NCBI GenBank assembly: GCA_049320885.1
Contig: JBMORA010000001.1
Coordinates: forward strand, 306,622-370,621
DNA from: Thermodesulfobacteriota bacterium
GTDB taxonomy: Bacteria; Desulfobacterota; Desulfobacteria; Desulfobacterales; SURF-7
Reading direction: 5' to 3'
DNA: 64,000 bases
Shown: piece by piece, positions 47,001 to 60,337 of the stretch
Position numbering within the stretch: the first letter of the stretch is position 1
How the letters are laid out: each line of letters begins with the position of its first letter
Notes under the pieces: generated by a model
What the model was told of the DNA's origin: nothing
Seen by the model: the letters and a program-made list of their open reading frames with translations, nothing else
Database searches by the model: none
Made by a program: the position numbers and the translations under genes

Positions 47001-47423
47001 ATGGGAAAAGTATTTCGCCCGAGCAACCGGGAATCGAAAATCCTGTCACAGATAGAATCTTCGAAGGAACGAGCACGCAGGATCGCCATCAGCGGAATCC
47101 AGGATTGTCTGGAACCACTCAGCAATGCCATCGCCTCCAAGCTGATCGAACATGAGCTGGTTGAAACCACCAACAAAAACGGTCTCGAAGACCAGATCTT
47201 GAAATGCCTTGACACCATGAGTCACGCGGATGATTTCGATATCGATTATCAGGTCGCCCCGTTCCGCAACATTGTTCCCCATCCCAATATTGTCAGCCTT
47301 TACACCACCGCTTTTGTCATTGAAAAAGTAATCCATTTGAAAGATACGGTAGACGTATACGGATCAGACGAAGAAATTTACTATTGCATCAATCAGCAGG
47401 TGATCAAGCATCTTCCCGAATAA
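47001..47423 (+). CDS. Conserved hypothetical protein
   Basis: 140-aa ORF with RBS; stop overlaps the next start (TAATG). Confidence 0.75.
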   Translation: MGKVFRPSNRESKILSQIESSKERARRIAISGIQDCLEPLSNAIASKLIEHELVETTNKNGLEDQILKCLDTMSHADDFDIDYQVAPFRNIVPHPNIVSLYTTAFVIEKVIHLKDTVDVYGSDEEIYYCINQQVIKHLPE

Positions 47424-48436
47424 TGCCCCTTACGTTTCATCCCAGGTTGGTCAACGGCCCTTCTGCTGATCCCGGTCTGTATGTTCCATTCTGTTTCGAT
47501 AACCGAGCGTTCATTTTCGATCTGGGAAGCCTTGGCGTTCTATCGAACCGGGATCTGCTGAAGATCGATGTGGGATTTATAACCCATACCCATATGGATC
47601 ACTTCATTGGATTTGATCCACTGCTCAGGCTCTTCCTGGGGCGGGACAAAACCCTGCATTTGTATGGACCGGAAGGTTTCTTGAAACATGTGGAAGGAAA
47701 ATTATCCGGATACGCCTGGAATCTGGTGGAAAACTACAGCAACCGGTTCGTGTTGCGGGTGACGGAAGTGTGCAGGGATTGCCGGATGACCCGCGAGTAT
47801 CATTGCAGCCAGGCCTTTTCCGCAACGAATCCCATTGAGACGGAAATGGGTGCCGGGTTGCTCCATCCGGAGCCCGGCCTGTCGGTTTCCGCCGTCATTT
47901 TGGATCATCAGATTCCCTGCCTTGGTTATGCCCTCCAGGAACGGTTTCATATCAATATCAAAAAATCGGCGCTTGAATCCCTGGAGCTGGAAGTGGGACC
48001 CTGGTTGCGGGAATTCAAAACCGCCCTGTTTGAAGGCGTTCCCGGGGATTCGGAATTCATTGTAAAAAGTCAACGAGGTGGACCGGAGCGGCATTTCAGC
48101 CTTGGGGAACTGGCCGGACAAATCGCCGTCATTACTCCGGGGCAGAAGATCGCTTACATCACCGATGCGGTATTTCACGAAGAAAACGCTGAAAAAATCG
48201 TCGCCATTGCAAAAGATGCGGACCAACTCTTTATTGAATCCGCATTTCTGGAATCAGACCGGCTCATCGCCGAACGCAAATTCCATCTCACCGCCCGCCA
48301 GGCGGGAGAATTGGCCGGCAGGGCCGGTGTACGAAGGTTTTTCCTGTTTCATTTTTCACCCCGGTACGGCAAGGATACGGAGGCGATGTGGCGGGAGGCC
48401 GACAAGGCCTACCACGCAGCCGCAGCTTACCGGTAG
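47423..48436 (+). CDS. Ribonuclease Z-like metallo-beta-lactamase
   Basis: THTHMDHF, LDHQIPCLGY, YITD, FIES, HLTARQAG, FHFSPRY. Confidence 0.85.
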   Translation: MPLTFHPRLVNGPSADPGLYVPFCFDNRAFIFDLGSLGVLSNRDLLKIDVGFITHTHMDHFIGFDPLLRLFLGRDKTLHLYGPEGFLKHVEGKLSGYAWNLVENYSNRFVLRVTEVCRDCRMTREYHCSQAFSATNPIETEMGAGLLHPEPGLSVSAVILDHQIPCLGYALQERFHINIKKSALESLELEVGPWLREFKTALFEGVPGDSEFIVKSQRGGPERHFSLGELAGQIAVITPGQKIAYITDAVFHEENAEKIVAIAKDADQLFIESAFLESDRLIAERKFHLTARQAGELAGRAGVRRFFLFHFSPRYGKDTEAMWREADKAYHAAAAYR

Positions 48437-48514
48437 CGACCGGGAAATCTCCATCGCATGGACCATTCTTGCAGCCGGGGGCGCGTTCATGTCAGGAACC
48501 GCTACAGATCATTC

Positions 48515-49084
48515 TCAAAACCGGTAGCCGTACCGTATGCCCAATGTATCCAACCCTTCGTTCGGGCTTGCCAGATAGCCGTTGGAAATATGATCAAAAG
48601 CGACGGAAACCCGATGGCACCGACTTATCGAAAAGCCGACCTCGCAGGGAACCCTGAAGCAAAAGCGCGTTCCAAGACTTTTCCTGTCCTGCTGATCCGT
48701 CTCCAGTTCACCGTTGTGCCAGGCCAAACCGATACCGATGTTATAAAACAGACCGAATGAATGTTCTCTTTCCCACAGAATGCCGGCGTATACTTTGCTC
48801 GTAAAACCGCTGTCATTTAAGCTGGCACCGATGGAGGGGAGAATTATCCCCTGGAAGGCGTCGACGGAGGGACGGAAGAAGGTGAGTTCGGCGTTGTAGT
48901 CGATCCCGTTTTCCCTGCGCAGATTGCTCCACATCCGGTCCACATCATGCCCCAATATCCCGAGGCGAATCTCCCGGATGAATCCGCTTTCCCCGTCCAT
49001 AGCAGGCGAATCTTTCCCCATGGCGGTCTGGACCACGCTGACGATACAGATCATGCAGAATAAAACAACTCGCTTCCTTTTCAT
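48515..49084 (-). CDS. PagL-like acyloxyacyl hydrolase (lipid A 3-O-deacylase family)
   Basis: Signal peptide, HISNG...PNEGLD, C-terminal YGYRF. Confidence 0.8.
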   Translation of the reverse strand: MKRKRVVLFCMICIVSVVQTAMGKDSPAMDGESGFIREIRLGILGHDVDRMWSNLRRENGIDYNAELTFFRPSVDAFQGIILPSIGASLNDSGFTSKVYAGILWEREHSFGLFYNIGIGLAWHNGELETDQQDRKSLGTRFCFRVPCEVGFSISRCHRVSVAFDHISNGYLASPNEGLDTLGIRYGYRF

Positions 49085-49319
49085 ATGGTTCCTTATTGTC
49101 TTGAGAGATACAGGGACGCCGGAAAAGCAATATCGGATTTTTCGTTTGATGGGAAGTGGAAATCCGCTTGCCGTTATCTCCCGTTCCGGCCCAAATTTTT
49201 TCACGGATGCCAGCCGGACGATTTCGCAGACGATACAAACCGCAATAGGTTGATATGAATTGACATTAAATTATATTTAATTTATATAAAAACGAAAATC
49301 AGGTGAGCAGGGGGAAGAT

Positions 49320-49511
49320 ATGCGCCAGCGAGAACAGGATGAAATGGAACGGAGGACCGGAGACGATCGTCGTCAATGCCATCTGCGGTTGGAAGGAACC
49401 TATTTTCTGGAACGCCGAAGACCTGGCTACGACCGGAGGAATTCCCATGAGAAAGCGAGAGCGCCCTTGTTCCCGGAGGTTTATGAGGCAGAGACGATGA
49501 AGTTTGAATAA
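49320..49511 (+). CDS. Arg-rich miniprotein (63 aa)
   Basis: ERRTGDDRRQCHLRLEGTYFLERRRPGYDRR; paralog of 41406; RBS AGGGGG. Confidence 0.7.
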   Translation: MRQREQDEMERRTGDDRRQCHLRLEGTYFLERRRPGYDRRNSHEKARAPLFPEVYEAETMKFE

Positions 49512-49785
49512 GCCGCCAAGCCCCATTCGGCTGGCCGGTCAATATATGGTTGTCAAGGCGGCATGACCCTTCCATTGTCATGATGACGGTTACAGTTCCT
49601 CCTTGCGCATTCGATCCCCGAGATCGATAACCGCTTTCCTTCCCGTTCCGTAAACCAATGAAATCGAATTGACGTTTGAGGTTTGTCTCTTGGAATGATA
49701 TGGGGGTTGGTGATGGAGCGCTTCTTCCGTCGGCATTCCGGCCGACGTTCACCGGTTGCCATTACATGCTGACTGGGATGACGCA

Positions 49786-50949
49786 ATGCGAATTTACCTG
49801 GTGGGTGGGGCTGTACGCGATGAATTGATGGGGCGGGACCGACACGACAGGGACTACACCGTGATCGGCACCGATGAAAATTCCTTCATGCAATTGTTCC
49901 CCTCCGCGAAAAAAATCGGGAACCGTCAAAATGTTTATCTCTACAAAGGCGATGAATACACGCTTTCGCATTTCGACAGCATCGAGGCAGACCTCTTGAG
50001 TCGGGACCTGACGGTCAATGCCTTTGCAAAGGACGCGGAAGGACGTATCTTCGGTCACCCCAGGGCTTTTGAGGATTTAAGGCACAAGCGGTTGTATCCC
50101 GTCGCCGAGAAAAATTTTTTTTCCGATCCCCTGCGGGTGCTCCGGGCAGCCAGATTCACCGCTCAGTTTCCTGAGTTTCAACCGGACCCCTCATTGCTTC
50201 GCGTCATGGGTAATGTGGCCCGGCAGGGATTGCTTGGCCATATCGCTGCGGAACGCGTGGGCAACGAAGTTCGAAAAATGTGCGACTCCCCCAGGCCAAG
50301 CCGGTTTTTCGAAATTCTGCGGGAGACGTTCGCCCTTTCCCCTTGGTTCGATGAGATCGCACAGGCAGTCGACGTCCCGGCCGGACCGCATCCCTTTCAC
50401 GAGGGCAGTGTTTTTGAACATCTGCTGGAAGTGGCGGATCTTCTCCAGGGGGAACCACTGGCGGTCTGGATGGCAATTTGTCATGACCTTGGCAAAACCG
50501 TTACACCGAAGGAGAAATGGCCGACCCATCATCGACATGAACTTCTGGGAGAGGTTGTCGCCCGCAACCTGGGCGCCCGGTTGCGTCTGCCCCTGCGCTT
50601 TATCCATGCCGGCGCCGCGGCTTCCAGATGGCATATGATGGCCGGGAGATATGATACCGCAAGGGAGGGAACAAAAGTGAACCTGCTGCTCAAGCTTCAC
50701 CGAATGAAACTGGTTCATGAAATGTTCCTTTTGGCGCAGGCGGATAACGGTACGGACTTCTCAAGTCAGGTAAAGAGGGATCTGAGGGCGCTGTTGGCTG
50801 TACACCTGCCGCGGCAATATATGGGACTTGGCCCGAAATCAGGAGAAGCGCTTCACCGGCTTCGTTGCCAGGAATTGGCGAAGATCAGCCGTGAAATGAT
50901 GGAAACGGAGGGATCAAACGAGGGCGACAGCCCAAGGGGAGGTTTCTGA
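49786..50949 (+). CDS. Class II tRNA nucleotidyltransferase with HD domain
   Basis: IYLVGGAVRD, DRD, RDLTVNA, DPLRVLRAARF, ERV..E, HDLGK. Confidence 0.88.
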   Translation: MRIYLVGGAVRDELMGRDRHDRDYTVIGTDENSFMQLFPSAKKIGNRQNVYLYKGDEYTLSHFDSIEADLLSRDLTVNAFAKDAEGRIFGHPRAFEDLRHKRLYPVAEKNFFSDPLRVLRAARFTAQFPEFQPDPSLLRVMGNVARQGLLGHIAAERVGNEVRKMCDSPRPSRFFEILRETFALSPWFDEIAQAVDVPAGPHPFHEGSVFEHLLEVADLLQGEPLAVWMAICHDLGKTVTPKEKWPTHHRHELLGEVVARNLGARLRLPLRFIHAGAAASRWHMMAGRYDTAREGTKVNLLLKLHRMKLVHEMFLLAQADNGTDFSSQVKRDLRALLAVHLPRQYMGLGPKSGEALHRLRCQELAKISREMMETEGSNEGDSPRGGF

Positions 50950-52259
50950 TGACAGAGACGAAAAAACAAGCCATTGAAACACAGGTATTGCATGCCGGCC
51001 ATATACCGGACTCGGACACGCTGTCCCGGGCGGTCCCGATCTATCAGACAACGAGTTATGTCTTTAAAAACACCCGCCATGCGTCTGATCTGTTTGCATT
51101 GAAAGAGCCCGGCTATATTTATTCCAGGATCATGAATCCGACCACGGATGTGCTGGAAAAACGCCTGGCGGCGATTCATGACGCCTCGGCGACCCTCGCA
51201 ACGGCATCCGGAATGGCGGCGATTTTTTATGCCGTGACCGTCATTGCCGGAACGGGACAAAATATCGTTTCCGGCAGTAATCTATATGGCGGCACACGCA
51301 TTCTATTTGAAAACACCTTGAAGCGTTTCGGCATTGAAGCACGTTTCGTGGATTCTTCCGATCCCCGAAACTTCGAGAACGCCATGGATGACCATACAAG
51401 GCTACTTTTCAGCGAGACCATCGGCAATCCCCGCTGCAATGTCGATGATCTCGCCCGCATCGCGGAGATCGCCCATCAGCATCGCATTCCATTCATCCTG
51501 GATAATACGGTGGCGCCGCCTCCGATTTTCAATCCGTTCCGCATCGGAGCGGATATTGTTTTATATTCACTGACAAAAATCATCGGCGGTCATGGAAACA
51601 GCATCGGCGGAGCCGTGGTGGAGGGCGGCCATTTCGACTGGGCGGGTTCCGGAAAGTTTCCCGAAATCACGGAGCCGGATCCGAGTTATCACGGCTTGAA
51701 CCTGTGGGCCCAGCTGTGCGAGCTGGAGGGGACGCCGTGCACCGCGTTCTGCACCAAGCTGAGAACAGGGTTGATGCGCGATATCGGAGCCGCTCTTGCA
51801 CCCATGAACGCCTTTCTGATTCTACAGGGTATGGAGACACTCCCCATGAGAGCGCAAGCCCATTGCCGAAACGCCGCCAAGGTCGCCGCATTTCTGGAAA
51901 CCCATGAAATGGTCAACTGGGTGAATTACGCCGGTCTTCCCAGCCATCCGGATTATTTGCGGGCCAGGGAGTATTTCCCCCTGGGGGCTGGCGCGGTATT
52001 CGGATTCGGCATCAAGGGCGGACTTGATGCGGGCCGCAGGTTCATTGAATCCGTCAAATTGTGTTCCCATCTGGCGAATATTCTGGATGCCAAAACCCTG
52101 GTGATTCATCCGGCAAGTACCACCCACTCGCAGCTTTCTGCAGAGGAACTGCTGGCCGCCGGAGTCAGTGAAGACATGATCCGGATTTCCGTAGGCATCG
52201 AACATGTGGATGATATCCTGGACGATTTAAATCAAGCCCTTCTGTCCGCCCGTGGCTGA
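50949..52259 (+). CDS. metY: O-acetylhomoserine sulfhydrylase
   Basis: PIYQTTSY, YSRIMNPT, ASGMAA, SLTK, HPASTTH. Confidence 0.9.
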   Translation: MTETKKQAIETQVLHAGHIPDSDTLSRAVPIYQTTSYVFKNTRHASDLFALKEPGYIYSRIMNPTTDVLEKRLAAIHDASATLATASGMAAIFYAVTVIAGTGQNIVSGSNLYGGTRILFENTLKRFGIEARFVDSSDPRNFENAMDDHTRLLFSETIGNPRCNVDDLARIAEIAHQHRIPFILDNTVAPPPIFNPFRIGADIVLYSLTKIIGGHGNSIGGAVVEGGHFDWAGSGKFPEITEPDPSYHGLNLWAQLCELEGTPCTAFCTKLRTGLMRDIGAALAPMNAFLILQGMETLPMRAQAHCRNAAKVAAFLETHEMVNWVNYAGLPSHPDYLRAREYFPLGAGAVFGFGIKGGLDAGRRFIESVKLCSHLANILDAKTLVIHPASTTHSQLSAEELLAAGVSEDMIRISVGIEHVDDILDDLNQALLSARG

Positions 52260-52316
52260 AGGCACCGATGAATACACCCGGGACGGCCGGCAAGCGGCAG
52301 AAAAAAGGAAAACAGC

Positions 52317-52913
52317 ATGACAAAAGGAATTCAGCGCGGCAGGAAAATGGAGCCCTACTATTGCGGCAAAATTTTAAACGGAAAATACAGCGCAGCTTTG
52401 AAAAAACGCGTCTCCGGATATCTGGAGAACCTCCAGATGCTGGATGAACTGAATTTACCGGTTATTGTATATCTGGCGGCCTGGAAAACGGATGAAGAAA
52501 CCATCTGGTATGAATTCACCTGTCGGCGCTTTCAGCAGATGATGGGCTGTGCACCGGATGAAATCGCCGGGGCATTCCGAAACAGCGTTCTGGACAGGCG
52601 GGTTTATGTGTACGCCAACATCCAGGACGATGTGGCCAAGGAAAGTCTGAACAAATCCGAATTAAGCACATCCCGCAGAAAACTGCGCCGCAAGACCGGT
52701 GAAGAGGGGCAGGTAGAGGCGGTATACAAGATTCTGCTGGAAAAGGGCAGGGCTTTCTGGCTAAAGGACCAAGCCGTGATTGAAACCCACCCGAAAGATG
52801 GGATCAGCCTTTCTCTTGGCTGTATGATGGTGGTATCCAAGGAAATGGAAGCCACCGAAGAAAAGGAACGACTGGTGGCCAAGCTGCAGAAAACCCTGAC
52901 GGATTTTCAATGA
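52317..52913 (+). CDS. Hypothetical protein with PAS/PAC-like fold
   Basis: AVYKILLEKGRAFWLKDQA resembles a PAC motif; C-terminal coiled coil. Confidence 0.6.
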   Translation: MTKGIQRGRKMEPYYCGKILNGKYSAALKKRVSGYLENLQMLDELNLPVIVYLAAWKTDEETIWYEFTCRRFQQMMGCAPDEIAGAFRNSVLDRRVYVYANIQDDVAKESLNKSELSTSRRKLRRKTGEEGQVEAVYKILLEKGRAFWLKDQAVIETHPKDGISLSLGCMMVVSKEMEATEEKERLVAKLQKTLTDFQ

Positions 52914-52953
52914 GGTGTCGAAGGAAAAGAAGAGGAAACGTTTAAGCAGCCTT

Positions 52954-53355
52954 TTACGGTTCTTCATTCCCCCTTAGAAATTCGACGCCGATCCCTTTGT
53001 GGGTGGTTCTCACCACATGGGCCGGGACCCGGATGGTTTTTTGGTTGTTGGTAAACGGAATACTGAGGATGATTGTCTGGCCGATGGAAACCGGCTCGTC
53101 CGTCTTGATGAAAATGCCGTTGCTGCTGATATTTTGACTGACTCCCATGCAGGCTCTGCCCTTGATGAAAAACTCAATGGAGTTGACATAGGGTTTGCGA
53201 ATGCTTTCTCTCTCGCCGGACTTGCTCGGGGAACTCTGGATTGCTTGCAGCTGGGACAGCAATGCCATGCGTTGCTCCTCGGTCATCCCCAAGATGATCC
53301 GCATCAGCCGTACCGTGACATCCTCTTCTTCCATCTGTTGATCCGTGTCCGTCAT
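52954..53355 (-). CDS. PilZ-domain protein
   Basis: ERESIRK, NISSNG, GIGVEF. Confidence 0.85.
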   Translation of the reverse strand: MTDTDQQMEEEDVTVRLMRIILGMTEEQRMALLSQLQAIQSSPSKSGERESIRKPYVNSIEFFIKGRACMGVSQNISSNGIFIKTDEPVSIGQTIILSIPFTNNQKTIRVPAHVVRTTHKGIGVEFLRGNEEP

Positions 53356-53411
53356 AACCGAATTCCTCAGCATGATACGGGCATGCTATCGCATAATCCT
53401 TTCGAAGTCAA

Positions 53412-53440
53412 TGAGGCCATGGCTTGAGGCCATGGCTTGA
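53412..53440. repeat. Tandem 13-mer duplication containing the palindrome GCCATGGC
   Basis: TGAGGCCATGGCT twice, then TGA. Confidence 0.85.
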
Positions 53441-53521
53441 AGGAATTCGCGGGAACCAAATTCTCCTCTGCTTCCTTCGCGATTACTTGTATGCGAACCA
53501 CAAAACCATAAGATTGAAAAC

Positions 53522-53555
53522 AAAAGGGGCGCTGTGATTCAACCAACGCCCCCTT
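53522..53555 (-). terminator. Intrinsic terminator of the PFOR gene
   Basis: GGGGCG..CGCCCC stem followed by TTTTGTTTT on the - strand. Confidence 0.7.
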
Positions 53556-53576
53556 GTTCAGCTGATGGCCGCGGGA

Positions 53577-57329
<3,753 letters not shown>

Positions 57330-57458
57330 TTACGGTAATACATAGTTCTCCGCCGTCACCATTCAGACAGCAGAATAGATACCTAAAACTGTAAGGCTAT
57401 AATTAATTGGAATTTTTGTAAAGAAAAAAATCAAGCTGCATACAAGCTGAACCCTCCC

Positions 57459-57488
57459 TTGACAATCCAGCACCGCATCAGTTATAGT
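57459..57488 (+). promoter_or_regulatory. Putative sigma70 promoter of the HDOD-STAS operon
   Basis: TTGACA-18 nt-TATAGT. Confidence 0.55.
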
Positions 57489-57628
57489 TTTTTTCGGTTG
57501 GGATACATTCCGTATGCCGTATATTGGGCGATATGCATGAATCCTCCGTAATTTCATTACGAGAATACCCGAAACCGCCATACATATAAATTCCGTCGCA
57601 ATCAAGAAACGAACAGAGCGAGCCGATC

Positions 57629-58669
57629 ATGCGCGTTGAATGCGCCAGCTGCAACAAGATTTACAATATTCCGGACGAGCGTTTGCCCAAGGGGAAAAAA
57701 ATCGTTTTCCCCTGCCCTTCCTGCCGGTCCGCCATCCACTTGGATCTCCGCATCAACTTGTCCCAAACTCGGGAGGAGGACACACCCTCCGGAACCGAGC
57801 AACCGGAAGACAAGGGAGATGCAATAAAGAAAAAAATACTTCGCGCCCTGAAAGACTTACCCCCCATGCCCCAAGTGGTGCTCAAGGCCCAGCAGGTAAT
57901 GGCGGATCCAGGCTCCAGTTTCAAGGAACTCGGCGCCATCATCGAAACGGATCAGGCGATTGCGGCCCGCGTTCTAAAATTGGCCAATTCGGCATATTAC
58001 GGATTACGTGGAATGGTCTCCTCCATTCATCAGGCGACGGTTGTCCTGGGGTATGAAGCCTTGGGCGAACTGATCACCGTTGTGGGAGCAGCGGGCCTCA
58101 TTGACAATATTCTCACAGGCTATCGGCTGGAATCCGGGTTTTTATGGCAGCATTCACTGGCGGTTGCCTTTGGTTCCAAGATCATTGCCCAGAAGCGTTA
58201 TCCCCGCCTGGAAAATGATGCTTTTTCAGCCGGTCTGTTGCATGACGCCGGCAAAATCGTTATGGACCCGTTTGTACAGGAAAAAGAGGCTGATTTTGAT
58301 AAAATCATGGAGGACGGGAAAACGACTTTTCTATCGGCCGAACAGAAAATCCTGGGATTTGATCATGCCGAGATCACCTATGAAATCTGCCAGAAATGGG
58401 GCATTCCCGATTCGCAAAGCCTTGCCATAAAATTCCATCACTATCCCTCCCGTTCGGAAGGTAACGAGTTGGCGTACATCCTTCATTTGGCCGACCTGAT
58501 CGCCATGCAGGGCGGAATCGGCACCGGTTTTGACGCCATGCTGTACCAGGCGGAAGCCGGAGCCCTGGAATTCCTGCGGCTTGACCAGTCGGATTGCGAT
58601 TCCATCTCGCAACAGGTCCATGAATCAGTTGATAAGATAACTTCTGATATCCATACGGAAAAAGGATGA
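57629..58669 (+). CDS. Zinc-ribbon plus HDOD domain protein
   Basis: CASC...CPSC; LPPMP, LKLANSAYY, LLHDAGK, HHYP. Confidence 0.88.
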   Translation: MRVECASCNKIYNIPDERLPKGKKIVFPCPSCRSAIHLDLRINLSQTREEDTPSGTEQPEDKGDAIKKKILRALKDLPPMPQVVLKAQQVMADPGSSFKELGAIIETDQAIAARVLKLANSAYYGLRGMVSSIHQATVVLGYEALGELITVVGAAGLIDNILTGYRLESGFLWQHSLAVAFGSKIIAQKRYPRLENDAFSAGLLHDAGKIVMDPFVQEKEADFDKIMEDGKTTFLSAEQKILGFDHAEITYEICQKWGIPDSQSLAIKFHHYPSRSEGNELAYILHLADLIAMQGGIGTGFDAMLYQAEAGALEFLRLDQSDCDSISQQVHESVDKITSDIHTEKG

Positions 58670-58977
58670 GTCGAATCACGGGAACCAGGGAAGAAGTCAT
58701 TGTGGCGCCGCAACGGGACGTAGTTGCCTCCATGGCGACCGGTTTTAAGGCGGAGCTTTACGAAATTGTACAATCCAGACCGGCCAGATTGACCATAGAC
58801 CTATCCGGGGTTGAAATGATCGATTCCGTGGGAATCGGGGTCATCATCGCAGCCTACAATTCCCTGCGGAATATCGGTTCATCCCTGGAAGTGGAAAACG
58901 CCTCCAGGGACATATACAACGCCCTTGTCGCCATGCGCCTCAACCACCATTTCAGCATACGCAAGGCGAAAAATTAA
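58666..58977 (+). CDS. STAS-domain anti-sigma-factor antagonist
   Basis: IDLSGVEMIDSVGIG. Confidence 0.88.
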   Translation: MSRITGTREEVIVAPQRDVVASMATGFKAELYEIVQSRPARLTIDLSGVEMIDSVGIGVIIAAYNSLRNIGSSLEVENASRDIYNALVAMRLNHHFSIRKAKN

Positions 58978-59195
58978 CCAATGACAATACCGAGGGGAAC
59001 ACTTTTCCACTGATTGAGCCTAGCCCAGCCTTTCCGGTACTCGCCTGGCATCCTTCGTTCAAAGACGTTTTTTCTTTTTTCGATCCCGGTACCCGCGATA
59101 TACTCCAATGCATCCGTTTGACGGCGATCCCGGCCGCTTCTTCGATCATTTCCCGACCGCGGGAAGAGGGCTTTCTTTTGTTGAAGCATCCGCAT
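58974..59195 (-). CDS. Arg-rich miniprotein (73 aa)
   Basis: RSGNDRRSGRDRR...ERRMPGEYRKGWARLNQWKSV. Confidence 0.65.
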   Translation of the reverse strand: MRMLQQKKALFPRSGNDRRSGRDRRQTDALEYIAGTGIEKRKNVFERRMPGEYRKGWARLNQWKSVPLGIVIG

Positions 59196-59240
59196 TTTCC
59201 CTGTTCATAAATAAAGCATCGCCCCTCCCGCCCAGCAATG

Positions 59241-59340
59241 AAAAGCAGAGGCAGCCTTACGGCCGCCTCTGCTGGGAAAAGGAGGTAATAATGAGAAGAG
59301 AGACCACAACAATCGTACTTTTTGTTTAAGCAAAACACAT
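59241..59340 (-). ncRNA. Candidate small RNA with an anti-Shine-Dalgarno seed and intrinsic terminator; 5' end uncertain
   Basis: On the - strand: AT-rich upstream region, CTCATTATTACCTCCTTTT, then GCAGAGGC-GGCCGTAAGGCT-GCCTCTGC-TTTT. Confidence 0.45.
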
Positions 59341-59451
59341 ACCATAAATATAATCAATCATTTATTTATTTTATTTCAAATGGTTATATTTAAAATCAAC
59401 AACCCTTCCAGCGGCTTTTATGTAAAAAGATACCTGCTTGTATGGTCAAGG

Positions 59452-60150
59452 CTACACAAATCCACCCCGTATTGGGAAATGGAAGGAATGAAGCCGTATC
59501 CGTTTCCCATCCGCCAACCCCTCTGCCGCTGTTAACAAGTATTTGTAAAAAAAGTAATATCTGCCGATCTTCTGAATATACCGCTTGGTTTGTTTGTAAG
59601 GCGGAACGCCACCGAATTCTATCACTTTCCGGCTGCCGGCATTATACGCGGCCAGTGCCAGGGTCTCATCCCCCTTGAATTTATCCAGCAGTTGCCTGAA
59701 GTATCGCACACCGCCATCGATATTTTGTTCCGGATCAAAAGGATTTTTCACCCCCAGGGATTTCGCCGTCAGCGGCATCAGCTGCAGTAACCCCCTGGCG
59801 CCCCTCTTTGATACCGCCTTGGAATTGAAATTGGACTCCGCCATGATCATTGCCTTGATCAGGTCGGGATCCACTTGATAACGATGGGCAGCTCTATATA
59901 TATAATCTTGATATGATAACATCTTGTTAATATCAAGCAGAAAAGGATGATTTTCGTTTTCCGACAGGGACGAAACGGAGGTGGAATGATCATGTAATGT
60001 ATCCAGGGTATTCCGTTCGGTTTTCTGCGCCGGTGCGATCTGGCCGCCACACAGGATCAACCCGTACAGGGTCAGCATCACGCTGATGAATGAAATCCAA
60101 CCGCTGAAACCTGGCTGCAGAGGAATTCGATGGGGCATATCACCATCCAT
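59452..60150 (-). CDS. Lytic transglycosylase (SLT domain)
   Basis: MIMAESNFN, GARGLLQLMP, LALAAYNAG. Confidence 0.9.
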   Translation of the reverse strand: MDGDMPHRIPLQPGFSGWISFISVMLTLYGLILCGGQIAPAQKTERNTLDTLHDHSTSVSSLSENENHPFLLDINKMLSYQDYIYRAAHRYQVDPDLIKAMIMAESNFNSKAVSKRGARGLLQLMPLTAKSLGVKNPFDPEQNIDGGVRYFRQLLDKFKGDETLALAAYNAGSRKVIEFGGVPPYKQTKRYIQKIGRYYFFYKYLLTAAEGLADGKRIRLHSFHFPIRGGFV

Positions 60151-60337
60151 ATGATTTTCTCCATGGTTGATTTTGGTAACACGAGCAACCATTCTTCCCA
60201 TTCGTACCATCCGGGTATGATCGGATTCAATCGGTCGATGGCATGATTTATTTCCTAGGATGGAAGAGCAAGGATAGTTCGAAAGTATGAGCGGGATAGG
60301 AAGGACCTGCTTGTTTGTTTCGAGCTAATGCGGGGAA

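Noticed and set aside
49282..49752. - strand ORF with a nearby AAGGAGG
   Set aside because: The SD is about 16 nt from the next ATG, the ORF overlaps the better-supported miniprotein, and it has no motifs.
28165..53440. Short tandem repeats as CRISPR or IS ends
   Set aside because: Only two adjacent copies each, no spacers, and no cas or transposase genes.
59291..59329. 12-aa peptide as a type I toxin
   Set aside because: Too short for a TM helix, and the terminator orientation favours a - strand RNA. Kept only as an alternative reading.
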